A stretch of DNA of 63,959 nucleotides, the filler included, from Vicugna vicugna (Eukaryota): assembly GCA_013265495.1 (NCBI GenBank). It is 74 parts of 74 records of this genome, joined end to end, with 100 filler letters (N's around TTAATTAATTAA, not from the genome) between each part and the next. Parts side by side here need not be neighbours in the genome. Positions count along the whole stretch, not along the records: positions 12,409 to 13,711 come from MU063747.1; positions 13,812 to 14,569 come from PNXW01030895.1; positions 14,670 to 15,498 come from PNXW01030897.1; positions 15,599 to 16,347 come from PNXW01030898.1; positions 16,448 to 17,207 come from MU063750.1; positions 17,308 to 18,074 come from MU063752.1; positions 18,175 to 19,001 come from MU063755.1; positions 19,102 to 20,022 come from PNXW01030949.1; 66 more parts are not named here. One strand, given 5' to 3'. Positions 12,616 to 24,537 of this stretch are shown piece after piece. The notes under the pieces are model-generated. The model saw only the letters and a list, made by a program, of their open reading frames with translations, was not told the DNA's origin and searched no databases. A program made the position numbers and the translations under genes. Numbering within the stretch: the first letter of the stretch is position 1; every line of letters begins with the position of its first letter.

Positions 12616-12700
12616 GGGGGAGATTATACCTCAGTTGAGAGAGTATATGCTCAGCATGCATGAGGCCCTCAGTTCAGTCCCCAGTAACTCCATTTAAAAA
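12616..12700 (+). mobile_element. tRNA-derived SINE resembling camelid vic-1
   Basis: GGGGAGATTATACCTCAGTTGAGAGAGTATATGCTCAGCATGCATGAGGCCCTCAGTTCAGTCCCCAGTAACTCC has degenerate A and B boxes, a tRNA-Ala-like body and an A-rich tail. Confidence 0.8.
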
Positions 12701-13811
12701 CTATTTTTTTNNNNNNNNNNNNNNNNNNNNNNNNNNNNNNNNNNNNNNNNNNNNNNNNNNNNNNNNNNNNNNNNNNNNNNNNNNNNNNNNNNNNNNNNNN
12801 NNNNNNNNNNNNNNNNNNNNNNNNNNNNNNNNNNNNNNNNNNNNNNNNNNNNNNNNNNNNNNNNNNNNNNNNNNNNNNNNNNNNNNNNNNNNNNNNNNNN
12901 NNNNNNNNNNNNNNNNNNNNNNNNNNNNNNNNNNNNNNNNNNNNNNNNNNNNNNNNNNNNNNNNNNNNNNNNNNNNNNNNNNNNNNNNNNNNNNNNNNNN
13001 NNNNNNNNNNNNNNNNNNNNNNNNNNNNNNNNNNNNNNNNNNNNNNNNNNNNNNNNNNNNNNNNNNNNNNNNNNNNNNNNNNNNNNNNNNNNNNNNNNNN
13101 NNNNNNNNNNNNNNNNNNNNNNNNNNNNNNNNNNNNNNNNNNNNNNNNNNNNNNNNNNNNNNNNNNNNNNNNNNNNNNNNNNNNNNNNNNNNNNNNNNNN
13201 NNNNNNNNNNNNNNNNNNNNNNNNNNNNNNNNNNNNNNNNNNNNNNNNNNNNNNNNNNNNNNNNNNNNNNNNNNNNNNNNNNNNNNNNNNNNNNNNNNNN
13301 NNNNNNNNNNNNNNNNNNNNNNNNNNNNNNNNNNNNNNNNNNNNNNNATCCAAGATGAAGCAGCGGATACACGTAAATATTCACGACGGTCAACTCCGCT
13401 CATAGGTCTGGGCCCTTCAATGCCTGAACGGGGGTCAAATCCCCACCCATGTCTGGGAGGGAAGCGCGGCTCTTCCGGGTCTCACCCAGGCTTCACGGGC
13501 TGTTTCCCCCAACAGAGTGTCCTCAACGATTAAAAAACAGTCAAGAATTTTACACCATGCAAATCTGAAGGACATTTCTGCAGATGGAGCACTTTCTCAG
13601 GCTTAAAACCTTTTCGCCTACACTCAGAAACGGGAAAAAAGAAACATGACTCTACAAAGTCTCTGTGCCTCAACTCTCACAGGAGTAGAATGGCCTCAGC
13701 ACAAGATGAGTNNNNNNNNNNNNNNNNNNNNNNNNNNNNNNNNNNNNNNNNNNNNTTAATTAATTAANNNNNNNNNNNNNNNNNNNNNNNNNNNNNNNNN
13801 NNNNNNNNNNN

Positions 13812-14569
13812 GAGCCTCCCCACACTTAGGATAGCCGAAGAGTTCTTCGTGTGTGTACTGGAGTTGGGGAAACAGATCTACACAAATTGCAAGGGCCCAG
13901 GTATTCACAGGTTGTGGATTGCAGTTTAAAGACCTCCACATCCCGTGGAGAGGGACTCGATTGTACCTGTTTGTCGAGGGTGAACCCCACATTCCCCCGA
14001 TCTCTGGCATAGACAAGTCATCAAGTAAGGCAAACGTAGGGATTGTATTAGAACCCAGTCGCTATTGTCAGTTGGAGAATCTTCCCCACACTCAGGATCC
14101 GGAATCCAGCCTTTAGTGTGGGGGATGTGTGGAGATCCAACCCACGCAGAAAAATGGGGGCACAGGTGTTACACATTAGCGTGAAATCCTCTAAGTATTT
14201 CCTCAGTAAATCGTTGGGCACTCGTTGCTACTTGTACTTCAAACCCAACCCACACTTTCCCCCACTCTCCAGACTAGGCATGCCATCAGGTAGGACAACT
14301 AAGGGATTCTATTAGAACCCAGGCGCTGCTGTCAGTTGGAGGAGAGTCCCCACACTCAAGATACCTGAACAAGTCTTTGTGTGTGTGCTGTTGTTGGAGA
14401 TACATAGTCCACGCAACTTTATGGGGGCACAGGTGTTCCCAGGGAGGGAATGTACTTTAAACACCTCCACTGCCCATAGAGAGGCACTCGCTATTACTTG
14501 GCTTTAGAGCGCAAAGCAACCCCAACCTTCGCTCCCATCCCGTCCTTGGAAAACACTCAGGGAAGATAA
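13812..14569 (-). repeat. Satellite B
   Basis: GAACCCAG at 14051 and 14315. 14165-14569 is colinear and highly similar to 8026-8425. Confidence 0.92.
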
Positions 14570-16088
14570 NNNNNNNNNNNNNNNNNNNNNNNNNNNNNNN
14601 NNNNNNNNNNNNNTTAATTAATTAANNNNNNNNNNNNNNNNNNNNNNNNNNNNNNNNNNNNNNNNNNNNGACACTTATGCACACATAACCATCACACAAA
14701 AATGATCGCTTAGACGTATTCTAAGAGAAATGACATTATGAGAATGCCAAATTCATGACAAGTCAGAGTCAAGTCCCCAGAGTATTTACTGGATGAGATC
14801 TCACGTGTGCTCCCCAGTGAGCTTTAAACCCTTAGGTCACAGTCATGGAACACTAGGCATTTTCTTTCTTTCCTCCAAGTTGGCTTTACTGGAGAACTCC
14901 GTAGACACAGGAAGACTCTGTATCCCACCTCTACTACTTACACAAAAAGTGGGATCAGCGTTGGTGTGAGAGGCTCCAATGTGAGCACTCTCGTGCCCAG
15001 CTCCCCCAGGAGCAGAGCTCCCACCACGGGCACTGCAGTGCCTGTAAGAATCAGGTGTCTGATGCGTGAGCCTCGGGCGGGCAAGAGAGGAAGCAAGCAC
15101 CGCTCCCTCAAGCTATGCAGGTGATCTCTGTGTCATCTTGAATAAATACAGTCAGCATTAAAGATGTTTGACAAGAGGGTAAAAGGTAAGGTCTCCCCAA
15201 ATCTCCACACATTCCTTTAGTGGGAGTCCTGATAGAACACATGGTGACAAGGGATGCTGGCATTACATGCGCACGTTAGCCTCAGGGCTTCAGGGGAGGC
15301 CACGGTGCTGCCTCTGCCCCACCTCCTGCCCTCATCCCCCAGGCCTAACAGTGGACTCTGACTCGTTTCTCTGACTTTCTCTCCTTGATTGTGCTGCTCT
15401 TCCAGCTTTTAAGAGTTCATAAGAACCTCACCAGAAAATCTTTAACAATGAAGCCAATTCAAATGAAATCAACCACAGAAACACACTGCCTTCATCATNN
15501 NNNNNNNNNNNNNNNNNNNNNNNNNNNNNNNNNNNNNNNNNNTTAATTAATTAANNNNNNNNNNNNNNNNNNNNNNNNNNNNNNNNNNNNNNNNNNNNTT
15601 TTTTTTATCCCAATCCCAGAAGGGAACAGGGCTGGAAACACTTCCTGCCTTTCTCTCTAGCCCCTCACTCACTTCTTCAGGGGAGGCGGAGTGAACAGCC
15701 TGGTGATGCTGTAGAAAGCCCTCTTTGGCTTTTGTCTCGGGCTGGCCTGCCTTAGGCTGCACACACTCTTCTCCTTCAGGTGGTGAGCTGGGGGCCGGCC
15801 CGCTGGGGTGACCAGCAGTTTGTACAGAACCCCTGCCTGTAACTGGGGGTGGTGGTAAATGTGGGGAGTAGGAAGCTCATTTTGACCTTGGGTTCAAGCC
15901 GTCTCCCCCAGCTCAGCCTGCCTGGTAATAAAGCTGACCTTGTGCTCTCTCCCTAACTCCAGTGTATTCTCCTCGTTGGCAGAGAACCCAAAAGGGCGAG
16001 CTGTGAGGTTCACTGGGCCTCTTCAGACCCCAGCAGATTTGGGCACTGCTTACATTTCCCTCCTCTCTTGTCAGTTCCCCGTTGCCCA

Positions 16089-16089
<1 letters not shown>

Positions 16090-16128
<39 letters not shown>

Positions 16129-16165
16129 ACGTACGTACGTACGTATGTACATACATACATACGTA
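16090..16165. repeat. Compound microsatellite (CA)n(CGTA)n(CATA)n
   Basis: Read directly from the sequence. Confidence 0.95.
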
Positions 16166-16179
16166 ACTGTAATAATCGC

Positions 16180-16347
16180 CCTGCGGTTCCTGGAGTGTGT
16201 GCCATGCTCCTTGTCACTGATGGACCGTTGCACATTCTATTCCCTTTCTTACTTCTTTCCCTGGATAACTCCTCCCCGTTATCCAGACTTCAGCTAAGAT
16301 ATCTCCTCCTCCATGAAGCCTGCTCCATCCTCTCAGGCTGGATTAGG
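16180..16347 (+). mobile_element. L2 remnant
   Basis: TTCCTGGA..GCCATGCTC...TTGCACATTCTATTCCCT...AACTCCT...CAGCTAAGATATCTCCTCCTCCATGAAGCCT fits the L2 3' region. Confidence 0.55.
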
Positions 16348-16926
16348 NNNNNNNNNNNNNNNNNNNNNNNNNNNNNNNNNNNNNNNNNNNNTTAATTAAT
16401 TAANNNNNNNNNNNNNNNNNNNNNNNNNNNNNNNNNNNNNNNNNNNNTAGCACCAGAGACAACAAGGAATGGTGATGAGGAAAGCAGGAGGCGAATATCT
16501 GGAACAGTTCGCAACAAATAATTTCTCCACCAAAAATTCAAAAATAAAATGAAAGTGATGAAATGCTCTGTTGACCTCTCGAGAATGGGCTTCCTTCGGT
16601 GCTCGACTGTTCTGTAACCCCGATTGAGAGACTCAGGAGAATCAGCATGGCTCCTGGGGGTCCCCAAAGGANNNNNNNNNNNNNNNNNNNNNNNNNNNNN
16701 NNNNNNNNNNNNNNNNNNNNNNNNNNNNNCACAGGAAATGTTGACAAGGGAAGAAAAGGCTGAGGTCAGTCCTGGGACAGAGGCCCTCTGAGCAGAGGCC
16801 AGAAGGCTGCAGGTGAACTGCAGTAGACCTGGGGCAGGAAGGGATCACGGGGGAGCATATCTCATTTCTCTTCTGTCTCTGCCTCCGGTAGGAGAGATAT
16901 AGCCTGCATCCTTCTCACCTGGAACT

Positions 16927-17207
16927 GTGGGTTATGGCTGTCAGAAGTCTTACTGACACGGAATGATTATTCAAGACTCTGTGGAAAAAGTCAAGAAATC
17001 GAGAGGGAGTAGGGAGCCATCTCCATGAGCCTCTCAAATGCTCCCTTATTTATAGGGTATAATCAAAGGAAAACTTCGTTAACAGTTGTGAGATAGTAAG
17101 GAGGAAATTCAGGAAAGACAGGATGAGGCAGAGATTGTAGAATACACCATGAGTACAAATGAATAGTGTATCTTTAGGGAAGTCATGGGGTGAGGGGAAC
17201 AAGATAC
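16927..17207 (-). mobile_element. Possible LTR fragment
   Basis: TG start and a minus-strand TATA-like CTTATTTATAGGG at ~17045-17057. Family not recognised. Confidence 0.3.
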
Positions 17208-17307
17208 NNNNNNNNNNNNNNNNNNNNNNNNNNNNNNNNNNNNNNNNNNNNTTAATTAATTAANNNNNNNNNNNNNNNNNNNNNNNNNNNNNNNNNNNNN
17301 NNNNNNN

Positions 17308-18074
17308 ACCACAACCACCAACTTCGCTCACAACCCGGCCTAGGTATATACTTAAGAAGTCAACCTAATGAATCCAATTAGAACCCAGGTGCTACTGTCT
17401 GTTGCAGGAGCCTTCCCATACTCAGGATACCAGAAAACTTCGTGTGTGTGTGGAGGTGGGGAAACAAAGCACACGTATTTTTCAGGGGGCACAGTTATTC
17501 CTAAGTTGTGGGTTTTATGATAAACATCTCCACTTCCCATGGAGAGGCACATGTTGATACTAGGTTTTAGAGCCCAATCCCACTTTCAGCCACACTCTGG
17601 CCTAGGAAAACCATCAGGGAAGACAAGCAAAGNNNNNNNNNNNNNNNNNNNNNNNNNNNNNNNNNNNNNNNNNNNNNNNNNNNNNNNNNNNNNNNNNNNN
17701 NNNNNNNNNNNNNNNNNNNNNNNNNNNNNNNNNNNNNNNNNNNNNNNNNNNNNNNNNNNNNNNNNNNNNNNNNNNNNNNAGGGAGAATTCCTCTAAGAAC
17801 TTCCTCAGTCCATCGGAGGGTACTCGCTGCTAATTGGCCTCCAAGCCCAACCCCCAGCTTTCCCTCATGGCCCGGTCTAAGGAAACACTCAGGGAACACA
17901 AGCTAAGGGATTCTAATAGAACCTAGGGTCTGCTGTGATTTGGAATAGCCTCCACATGCTCAGGATTCCAGAAAACTTCTTCGTGTGTGTGCTGTTGGTG
18001 GAGAAACAGAGTCCACGCTTACTTCAGGAGGGACAGGTATTTTATTGTTGTGGGTTGTTGGTTAAACACCTCCA
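17308..18074 (-). repeat. Satellite B
   Basis: B monomer motifs (TAGAACCCAGGTGCTACTGTC, CTCAGGATACCAGAAAACTTC). Confidence 0.9.
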
Positions 18075-18174
18075 NNNNNNNNNNNNNNNNNNNNNNNNNN
18101 NNNNNNNNNNNNNNNNNNTTAATTAATTAANNNNNNNNNNNNNNNNNNNNNNNNNNNNNNNNNNNNNNNNNNNN

Positions 18175-19001
18175 CCAGGGAATGCTAGGGGGGTTTGCAG
18201 GAATTCCCAGTAACAGAGGTTGCCTCCCCAAGTTCAGGGAATGTATTTCTCAGGCTTCCCCGAACAGGGAACACCTGTGACTGAAGAGAGCTNNNNNNNN
18301 NNNNNNNNNNNNNNNNNNNNNNNNNNNNNNNNNNNNNNNNNNNNNNNNNNNNNNNNNNNNNNNNNNNNNNNNNNNNNNNNNNNNNNNNNNNNNNNNNNNN
18401 NNNNNNNNNNNNNNNNNNNNNNNNNNNNNNNNNNNNNNNNNNNNNNNNNNNNNNNNNNNNNNNNNNNNNNNNNNNNNNNNNNNNNNNNNNNNAGGTCAGG
18501 GAAGGTATTTCTCGGACTTCCCCGAACAGGGAACACGTGTGACTGAAGAGAGCTACGTGGAGTTGTCTCTCGAGCTCCCCCACGCACTGACAATGGTTCC
18601 AGAATCCTGAGCGTGGGGAGGTTCCACCATCGGTCGGCAGCGGGTGGATTCTAACGAGATGCATGAGCTGGTCTCCCCTGAGGGTTTCCCTAATGTGTCT
18701 GTGCCAGGGAGTGCTAGGGGGGGTTTGCAGGAAATCCCAGTGACAGAGGCTGCCTCCCCAATGTCAGGGAAGGTATTTCTCGGACTTCCCCGAACAGGGA
18801 ACACCTGTGACTGAAGAGAGCTGCGTGGAGTTGTCTCTCGAGCTCCCCCACGCACTGACAATGGTTCCGGAATCCTGAGCGTGGGGAGGTTCCACCAACG
18901 GTCGGCAGCGCGTGTGTTCAAACGGGAAGCCTGAGCTCGTCTCCCCTGAGTGTTTCCCTAATGCCCCTGTGCCAGGGAATGCTAGGGGGGGTTTGCAGGA
19001 A
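18175..19001 (+). repeat. Satellite A
   Basis: Tandem A monomers. Confidence 0.95.
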
Positions 19002-19101
19002 NNNNNNNNNNNNNNNNNNNNNNNNNNNNNNNNNNNNNNNNNNNNTTAATTAATTAANNNNNNNNNNNNNNNNNNNNNNNNNNNNNNNNNNNNNNNNNNN
19101 N

Positions 19102-20022
19102 CTGCCGACCGTTGGCGGAACCTCCCCATGCTCAGGATTCCGGAAAAATTGTTACTGCGTGGAGGAGCTCGAGAGAAAACTCCACGCAGCTCTCTTAATT
19201 GACAGGTGTTCCCTGTTCGGGGAAGTCCGAGAAATACCTTTCCTGACCTTGGGGAGGCAGCCTCTGTCACTGGGATATCCTGCAAACCCCCCTAGCATTC
19301 CCTGGCAAAAAGACATTAGGAAAACCCTCAGGGGAGACGAGCTTAAGCTTTCCGTTAGAACCCACACCCACGCGCTGCCGACCGTTGGCGGAACCTCCCC
19401 ACGCTCAGGATCCCGGAACCATTGTCAGTGTGTGGGGGAGCTCGAGAGACAACTCCACGCAGATCACTTCAATCACAGGTGTTCCCTGTTCGGGGAAGTC
19501 CGAGAAATAACTTCCCTGCACTTGGGGAGGCAGCCTCTGTCACTGGGATATCCTGCAAATCCCCCTAGCATTCAATGGCACAGAGACATTACAAAAACCC
19601 TCAGGGGAGACGAGCTTAGTCATTCCTTTAGAACCCACGCGCTGCCGACCGTTGGTGGAACCTCCCCACGCTCAGGATTCCGGAAAAATTGTTAGTGCGT
19701 GGAGGAGCTCGAGAGGAAACTCCACGCAGATCTCTTAAGTGAAAGGTGTTCCCTGTTCGGGGAAGTCCGAGAAATACCTTCCCTGACTTGGGGAGGCAGC
19801 CTCTTTCACTGGGATATCCTGCAAACCCCCCTAGCATTCCCTGGCACAGAGTCATTAGGAAAACACTCAGGGGAGACGAGCTTCGGCTTTCCGTTATAAC
19901 GCACGCGCTGACGACCGTTGGCGGAACCTCCCCACGCTCAGGATTCCGGAAAAATTGTTAGTGCGTGGAGGAGCTCGAGAGGAAACTCCACGCAGATCTC
20001 TTAAGTGAAAGGTGTTCCCTGT
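19102..20022 (-). repeat. Satellite A, reverse orientation, ~3.4 ungapped monomers
   Basis: ACGCTCAGGA at 19401, 19668 and 19934 (periods 267 and 266). Confidence 0.96.
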
Positions 20023-20122
20023 NNNNNNNNNNNNNNNNNNNNNNNNNNNNNNNNNNNNNNNNNNNNTTAATTAATTAANNNNNNNNNNNNNNNNNNNNNN
20101 NNNNNNNNNNNNNNNNNNNNNN

Positions 20123-21182
20123 ATCCCAAAGCTTGTCTTCCCTGATGGCATGCCTAGACTGGAGTGTTGGGGAAAGTGGGGTTTGGGCTTGAATTCCAAT
20201 TAGCAATGAGTTCCACCTGATTTACTGGGGAAGTACTTAGAGGATTTCACCCTAAATTGGAACACCTGTGCCCCCATTCATCTGCGAGGACTGGGTCTCC
20301 ACAACTCCCCCCCACACAAGGCTGGGATCCGGAATCCTGAGTGTGTGGAANNNNNNNNNNNNNNNNNNNNNNNNNNNNNNNNNNNNNNNNNNNNNNNNNN
20401 NNNNNNNNNNNNNNNNNNNNNNNNNNNNNNNNNNNNNNNNNNNNNNNNNNNNNNNNNNNNNNNNNNNNNNNNNNNNNNNNNNNNNNNNNNNNNNNNNNNN
20501 NNNNNNNNNNNNNNNNNNNNNNNNNNNNNNNNNNNNNNNNNNNNNNNNNNNNNNNNNNNNNNNNNNNNNNNNNNNNNNNNNNNNNNNNNNNNNNNNNNNN
20601 NNNNNNNNNNNNNNNNNNNNNNNNNNNNNNNNNNNNNNNNNNNNNNNNNNNNNNNNNNNNNNNNNNNNNNNNNNNNNNNNNNNNNNNNNNNNTTGGGCTC
20701 TAAAACGAAGTATTAGCGAGTGCCTATCCATGCGATGTGGAGGTGTTTAACCTACATCCTCCAACCTAGGCATATCTGTGCCCCATGAAAATAGCGTGGA
20801 CTCTGTTTCCACACCTCCAGCACACGTGCGAAGAATTGTTCTGGTTTCCTGAGTTTGCGGAGGCTCCTCCAGCTAAAAGCAGCACCAGGGACCTAATAGA
20901 ATTCCTTAGCTTGACTTCCTAGAGTGTTCTCCTATGCCGGTCTTTGAGCAAAGGAGTGGGTTGGGCTCTAAAGCCAAGTAATAGCCAGTGCCTCTCTTTG
21001 GTCATTGTAGGTGTTTAAACTACATCATCTACCTGGGAAAAACTATGCCCCCATAAAGATGAATGGACTCTGTTTCCCGACTTCCAACACACAAACGAAT
21101 ACGTGTTCAGATATCCTGAGTGTGGGCCGGCACTTTTATGTGTCAGCAGCACCTGGGTTCTAATAGTATCCATTAGCTTGTA
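20123..21182 (+). repeat. Satellite B
   Basis: Reverse complement of the B monomers at 8026 and 14165. Confidence 0.9.
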
Positions 21183-21282
21183 NNNNNNNNNNNNNNNNNN
21201 NNNNNNNNNNNNNNNNNNNNNNNNNNTTAATTAATTAANNNNNNNNNNNNNNNNNNNNNNNNNNNNNNNNNNNNNNNNNNNN

Positions 21283-21546
21283 GTACCGGGGGCAGAGGGG
21301 GCGGGGTAGAGGGTGGGAAGGGATAGACTGGGATTTCAAAATTGTAGAACAGATTAATAAGATTACACTGCATAGCACAGGGAAATATACACAAAATGTT
21401 ACGATAAATCACAGAGAAAAAAATGTGATAATGAGTGTGTATATGTCCATGTATGATTAAAAATTGTACTGAACACTGGTATTTGACACAACACTGTAAA
21501 ATGATTATGAATCAATAAAAATGTAAAAAAAATAAAAAAAAAAAAA
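21283..21546 (+). mobile_element. L1 3' UTR with polyA tail (artiodactyl-type)
   Basis: G-rich tract, CTGCATAGCACAGGGAAATATA, TTGACACAACACTGTAAA, AATAAA and an A tail. Confidence 0.9.
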
Positions 21547-22082
21547 NNNNNNNNNNNNNNNNNNNNNNNNNNNNNNNNNNNNNNNNNNNNNNNNNNNNNN
21601 NNNNNNNNNNNNNNNNNNNNNNNNNNNNNNNNNNNNNNNNNNNNNNNNNNNNNNNNNNNNNNNNNNNNNNNNNNNNNNNNNNNNNNNNNNNNNNNNNNNN
21701 NNNNNNNNNNNNNNNNNNNNNNNNNNNNNNNNNNNNNNNNNNNNNNNNNNNNNNNNNNNNNNNNNNNNNNNNNNNNNNNNNNNNNNNNNNNNNNNNNNNN
21801 NNNNNNNNNNNNNNNNNNNNNNNNNNNNNNNNNNNNNNNNNNNNNNNNNNNNNNNNNNNNNNNNNNNNNNNNNNNNNNNNNNNNNNNNNNNNNNNNNNNN
21901 NNNNNNNNNNNNNNNNNNNNNNNNNNNNNNNNNNNNNNNNNNNNNNNNNNNNNNNNNNNNNNNNNNNNNNNNNNNNNNNNNNNNNNNNNNNNNNNNNNNN
22001 NNNNNNNNNNNNNNNNNNNNNNNNNNNNNNNNNNNNNNNNNNNNNNNNNNNNNNNNNNNNNNNNNNNNNNNNNNNNNNNNNN

Positions 22083-22604
22083 ACAGAATACTTAGAATTT
22101 TGAAAATACAATGCAAAACACAGAATATAGTATATAGACTACGGAATGCAGAATATAGATTATAGAATATAGAAAGATGAACACAAAATACAGAATATAG
22201 AATAGAGAATATAGAAACCAGAATTAAGAACATGGAACGTAGAACACAGAATTTAGAATATAGAGAACAGAATACTGAATATAGAATTTTGAAAATACAA
22301 TGCAAAACACAGAATATAGTATATAGACTACGGAATGCAGAATATAGATTATAGAATATAGAAAGATGAACACAAAATACAGAATATAGAATAGAGAATA
22401 TAGAAACCAGAATTAAGAACATGGAACGTAGAACACAGAATTTAGAATATAGAATGTAGAACACAGAATTTTTAATTTTGAAAACAAAATACAAAACCCA
22501 GAATTGAGAACATGGAATGAAGAACACAGAATTAAGAATATAGAAAACAGAATACTAACTATACAATTTCGAATATAGAATGTAGAACACAGAATTTAGA
22601 ATAT
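22083..22604 (+). repeat. Satellite D
   Basis: Heptamer array containing a 189-bp-period exact duplication. Confidence 0.95.
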
Positions 22605-23284
22605 NNNNNNNNNNNNNNNNNNNNNNNNNNNNNNNNNNNNNNNNNNNNTTAATTAATTAANNNNNNNNNNNNNNNNNNNNNNNNNNNNNNNNNNNNNNNN
22701 NNNNAGCCTCTTTAAACTTCTTGATGCAGCTCCGTAATGAAGATCTTGCAAAGGAAACATAGCCAAAACCTGGGAGGTATGCATATAGTGACTGCAACCT
22801 CAGCACTTTGTTAGTTCAGAATCAGAGGGGTGAGTGACTCAGGAAAGGCTTTTTTAAGGTAACAAGGGGAAAGTGAAAGGACGCAGGTTGTGTGAGAGAG
22901 AAACATCTCGGTCACAGCCAGCAAGACACCTGTGTTCAGGATGGGGTGTGGCGAGTGCAGAGTTCTCACTAAGAAAAGAGTGGTGTGATGGGAGTGAGGA
23001 CACTTGGGTACTTTATTGGGGAGGAAAAAAATTGGGCTGTACATTTCCTTGTTGAACAAGAGGATTGTGGCAAGATGTGCTTGTATTTTGGAGACAAGGG
23101 TTTTGTGGGGACAGGCCTAGGAGTACGCTGTATGGCTGGGGAGTCAGCACAACAGAGAAACACAGAGAACTGGGCAGACCCCAAGACCCATGCTGGGGGA
23201 GAGACTGCCCACCAACTGGAGCCCTGGATGCTGCTTCTGTCCCTTAGCTGTGGCTTCAGACCTCCCTTCACAGCCCAGTCCTGT

Positions 23285-23492
23285 TGATACAAGAATAAAA
23301 AACGTTGGGCATGAGAAGGGGTGTGTCCCAGGCTTTCGTTGAGCCCCTGGGATGTGCCCCACCAGATTTTGTTCCTTAACTTCATGCAGTAAAGAATTCA
23401 AGAGCAAGCCAGTGTTGAGTAAAGGTATTCAGACAGATGAAATGCAGGAGAAACGTCAAGATGTGTGGGGGTTTGATGCTCATATTAGAAGT
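23285..23492 (-). mobile_element. ERV LTR fragment related to 10124-10522
   Basis: Shares TGATACA.GA, GCCCCTG.GATG..CC and GAATTCAAGAG..AGCCA with the 10124 element. Confidence 0.6.
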
Positions 23493-24537
23493 NNNNNNNN
23501 NNNNNNNNNNNNNNNNNNNNNNNNNNNNNNNNNNNNTTAATTAATTAANNNNNNNNNNNNNNNNNNNNNNNNNNNNNNNNNNNNNNNNNNNNAAACCCAG
23601 GAGACTAGAGCCTTGATGACTGGCTGGGAAATCATGCCACCTACACTTTGGCAAAGAGAGGGCAGGCGATTTGATTCAGAGTTCTGCCAACAAATAACAA
23701 AACTCACTGCTCACATTAGATTGCTGGTGGGGATATGGAGTGCTAATGTACGAATTTAACCTGGAAGATGAAATAAATGAAGAGCAAGTTACGTTACACA
23801 TACAAAAGCCAATGCAGGGACCATAATGAAGTCATGGTCTAGAGTCACGAGAGATAACTGGGATGGTGAAATTGCTGCTGGAATAGCAAGTTACGTTACA
23901 CATACAAAAGCCAATGCAGGGACCATAATGAAGTCATGGTCTAGAGTCACGAGAGATAACTGGGATGGTAAAATTGCTGCTGGAAGTTAGGGAAATGTGG
24001 GTCTTTGTGCCCAGCAAACATGGGTAGTTAGCATGAGGGAATAAATAGCCTAATTTAAGAAACATTAGTAAATGAAAACAGCTGTGGAGACAAAGTTCTT
24101 TTTTCTGGCAATATAATGAAGAAAAAGTACTTATTAAATACCAACTGTGTTAATGGCAGATTCAATTGTTACAATAACACCATACAAATTAAACCTAGCA
24201 GGTTCTAAAATATAAACACAGAATAAATAGCTCTTTACATGGCGTATGATTATATCATTCATGTCACTACAAAACCCAGACTTCCAAGGGAAGTTGCTGA
24301 TAAGAAGACACAGGACTCAAATTTTCAGTCTGCGCAAGTGTTTCAGAGTTTAATTACGAGTCTGCAGTTTTGCAAGTGTCATAGTACCATCTTCCTTCCC
24401 ACTGTAAATTCTGAAGTGCTCCGGATCCACATATTGANNNNNNNNNNNNNNNNNNNNNNNNNNNNNNNNNNNNNNNNNNNNTTAATTAATTAANNNNNNN
24501 NNNNNNNNNNNNNNNNNNNNNNNNNNNNNNNNNNNNN

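Noticed and set aside
12616..12700. tRNA-Ala gene
   Set aside because: Degenerate boxes, broken stems and an A-rich tail indicate a SINE copy.
12660..13403. Long ORFs made mostly of X
   Set aside because: They are read-through of N gaps.
19159..19695. Repetitive ORFs in satellite A (ELERQLHAALFSHRCSLFGEVRE..., also at 42483, 61145 and elsewhere)
   Set aside because: The 267-bp monomer is a multiple of 3 and GC-rich, so frames run on by chance. Stops and indels vary freely among copies and there is no gene structure.
21505..22527. Hydrophobic Y/I/L/F/S-rich ORFs resembling membrane proteins (also at 10567, 28238 and 29086)
   Set aside because: They are translations of the T-rich strand of the heptamer satellite D.
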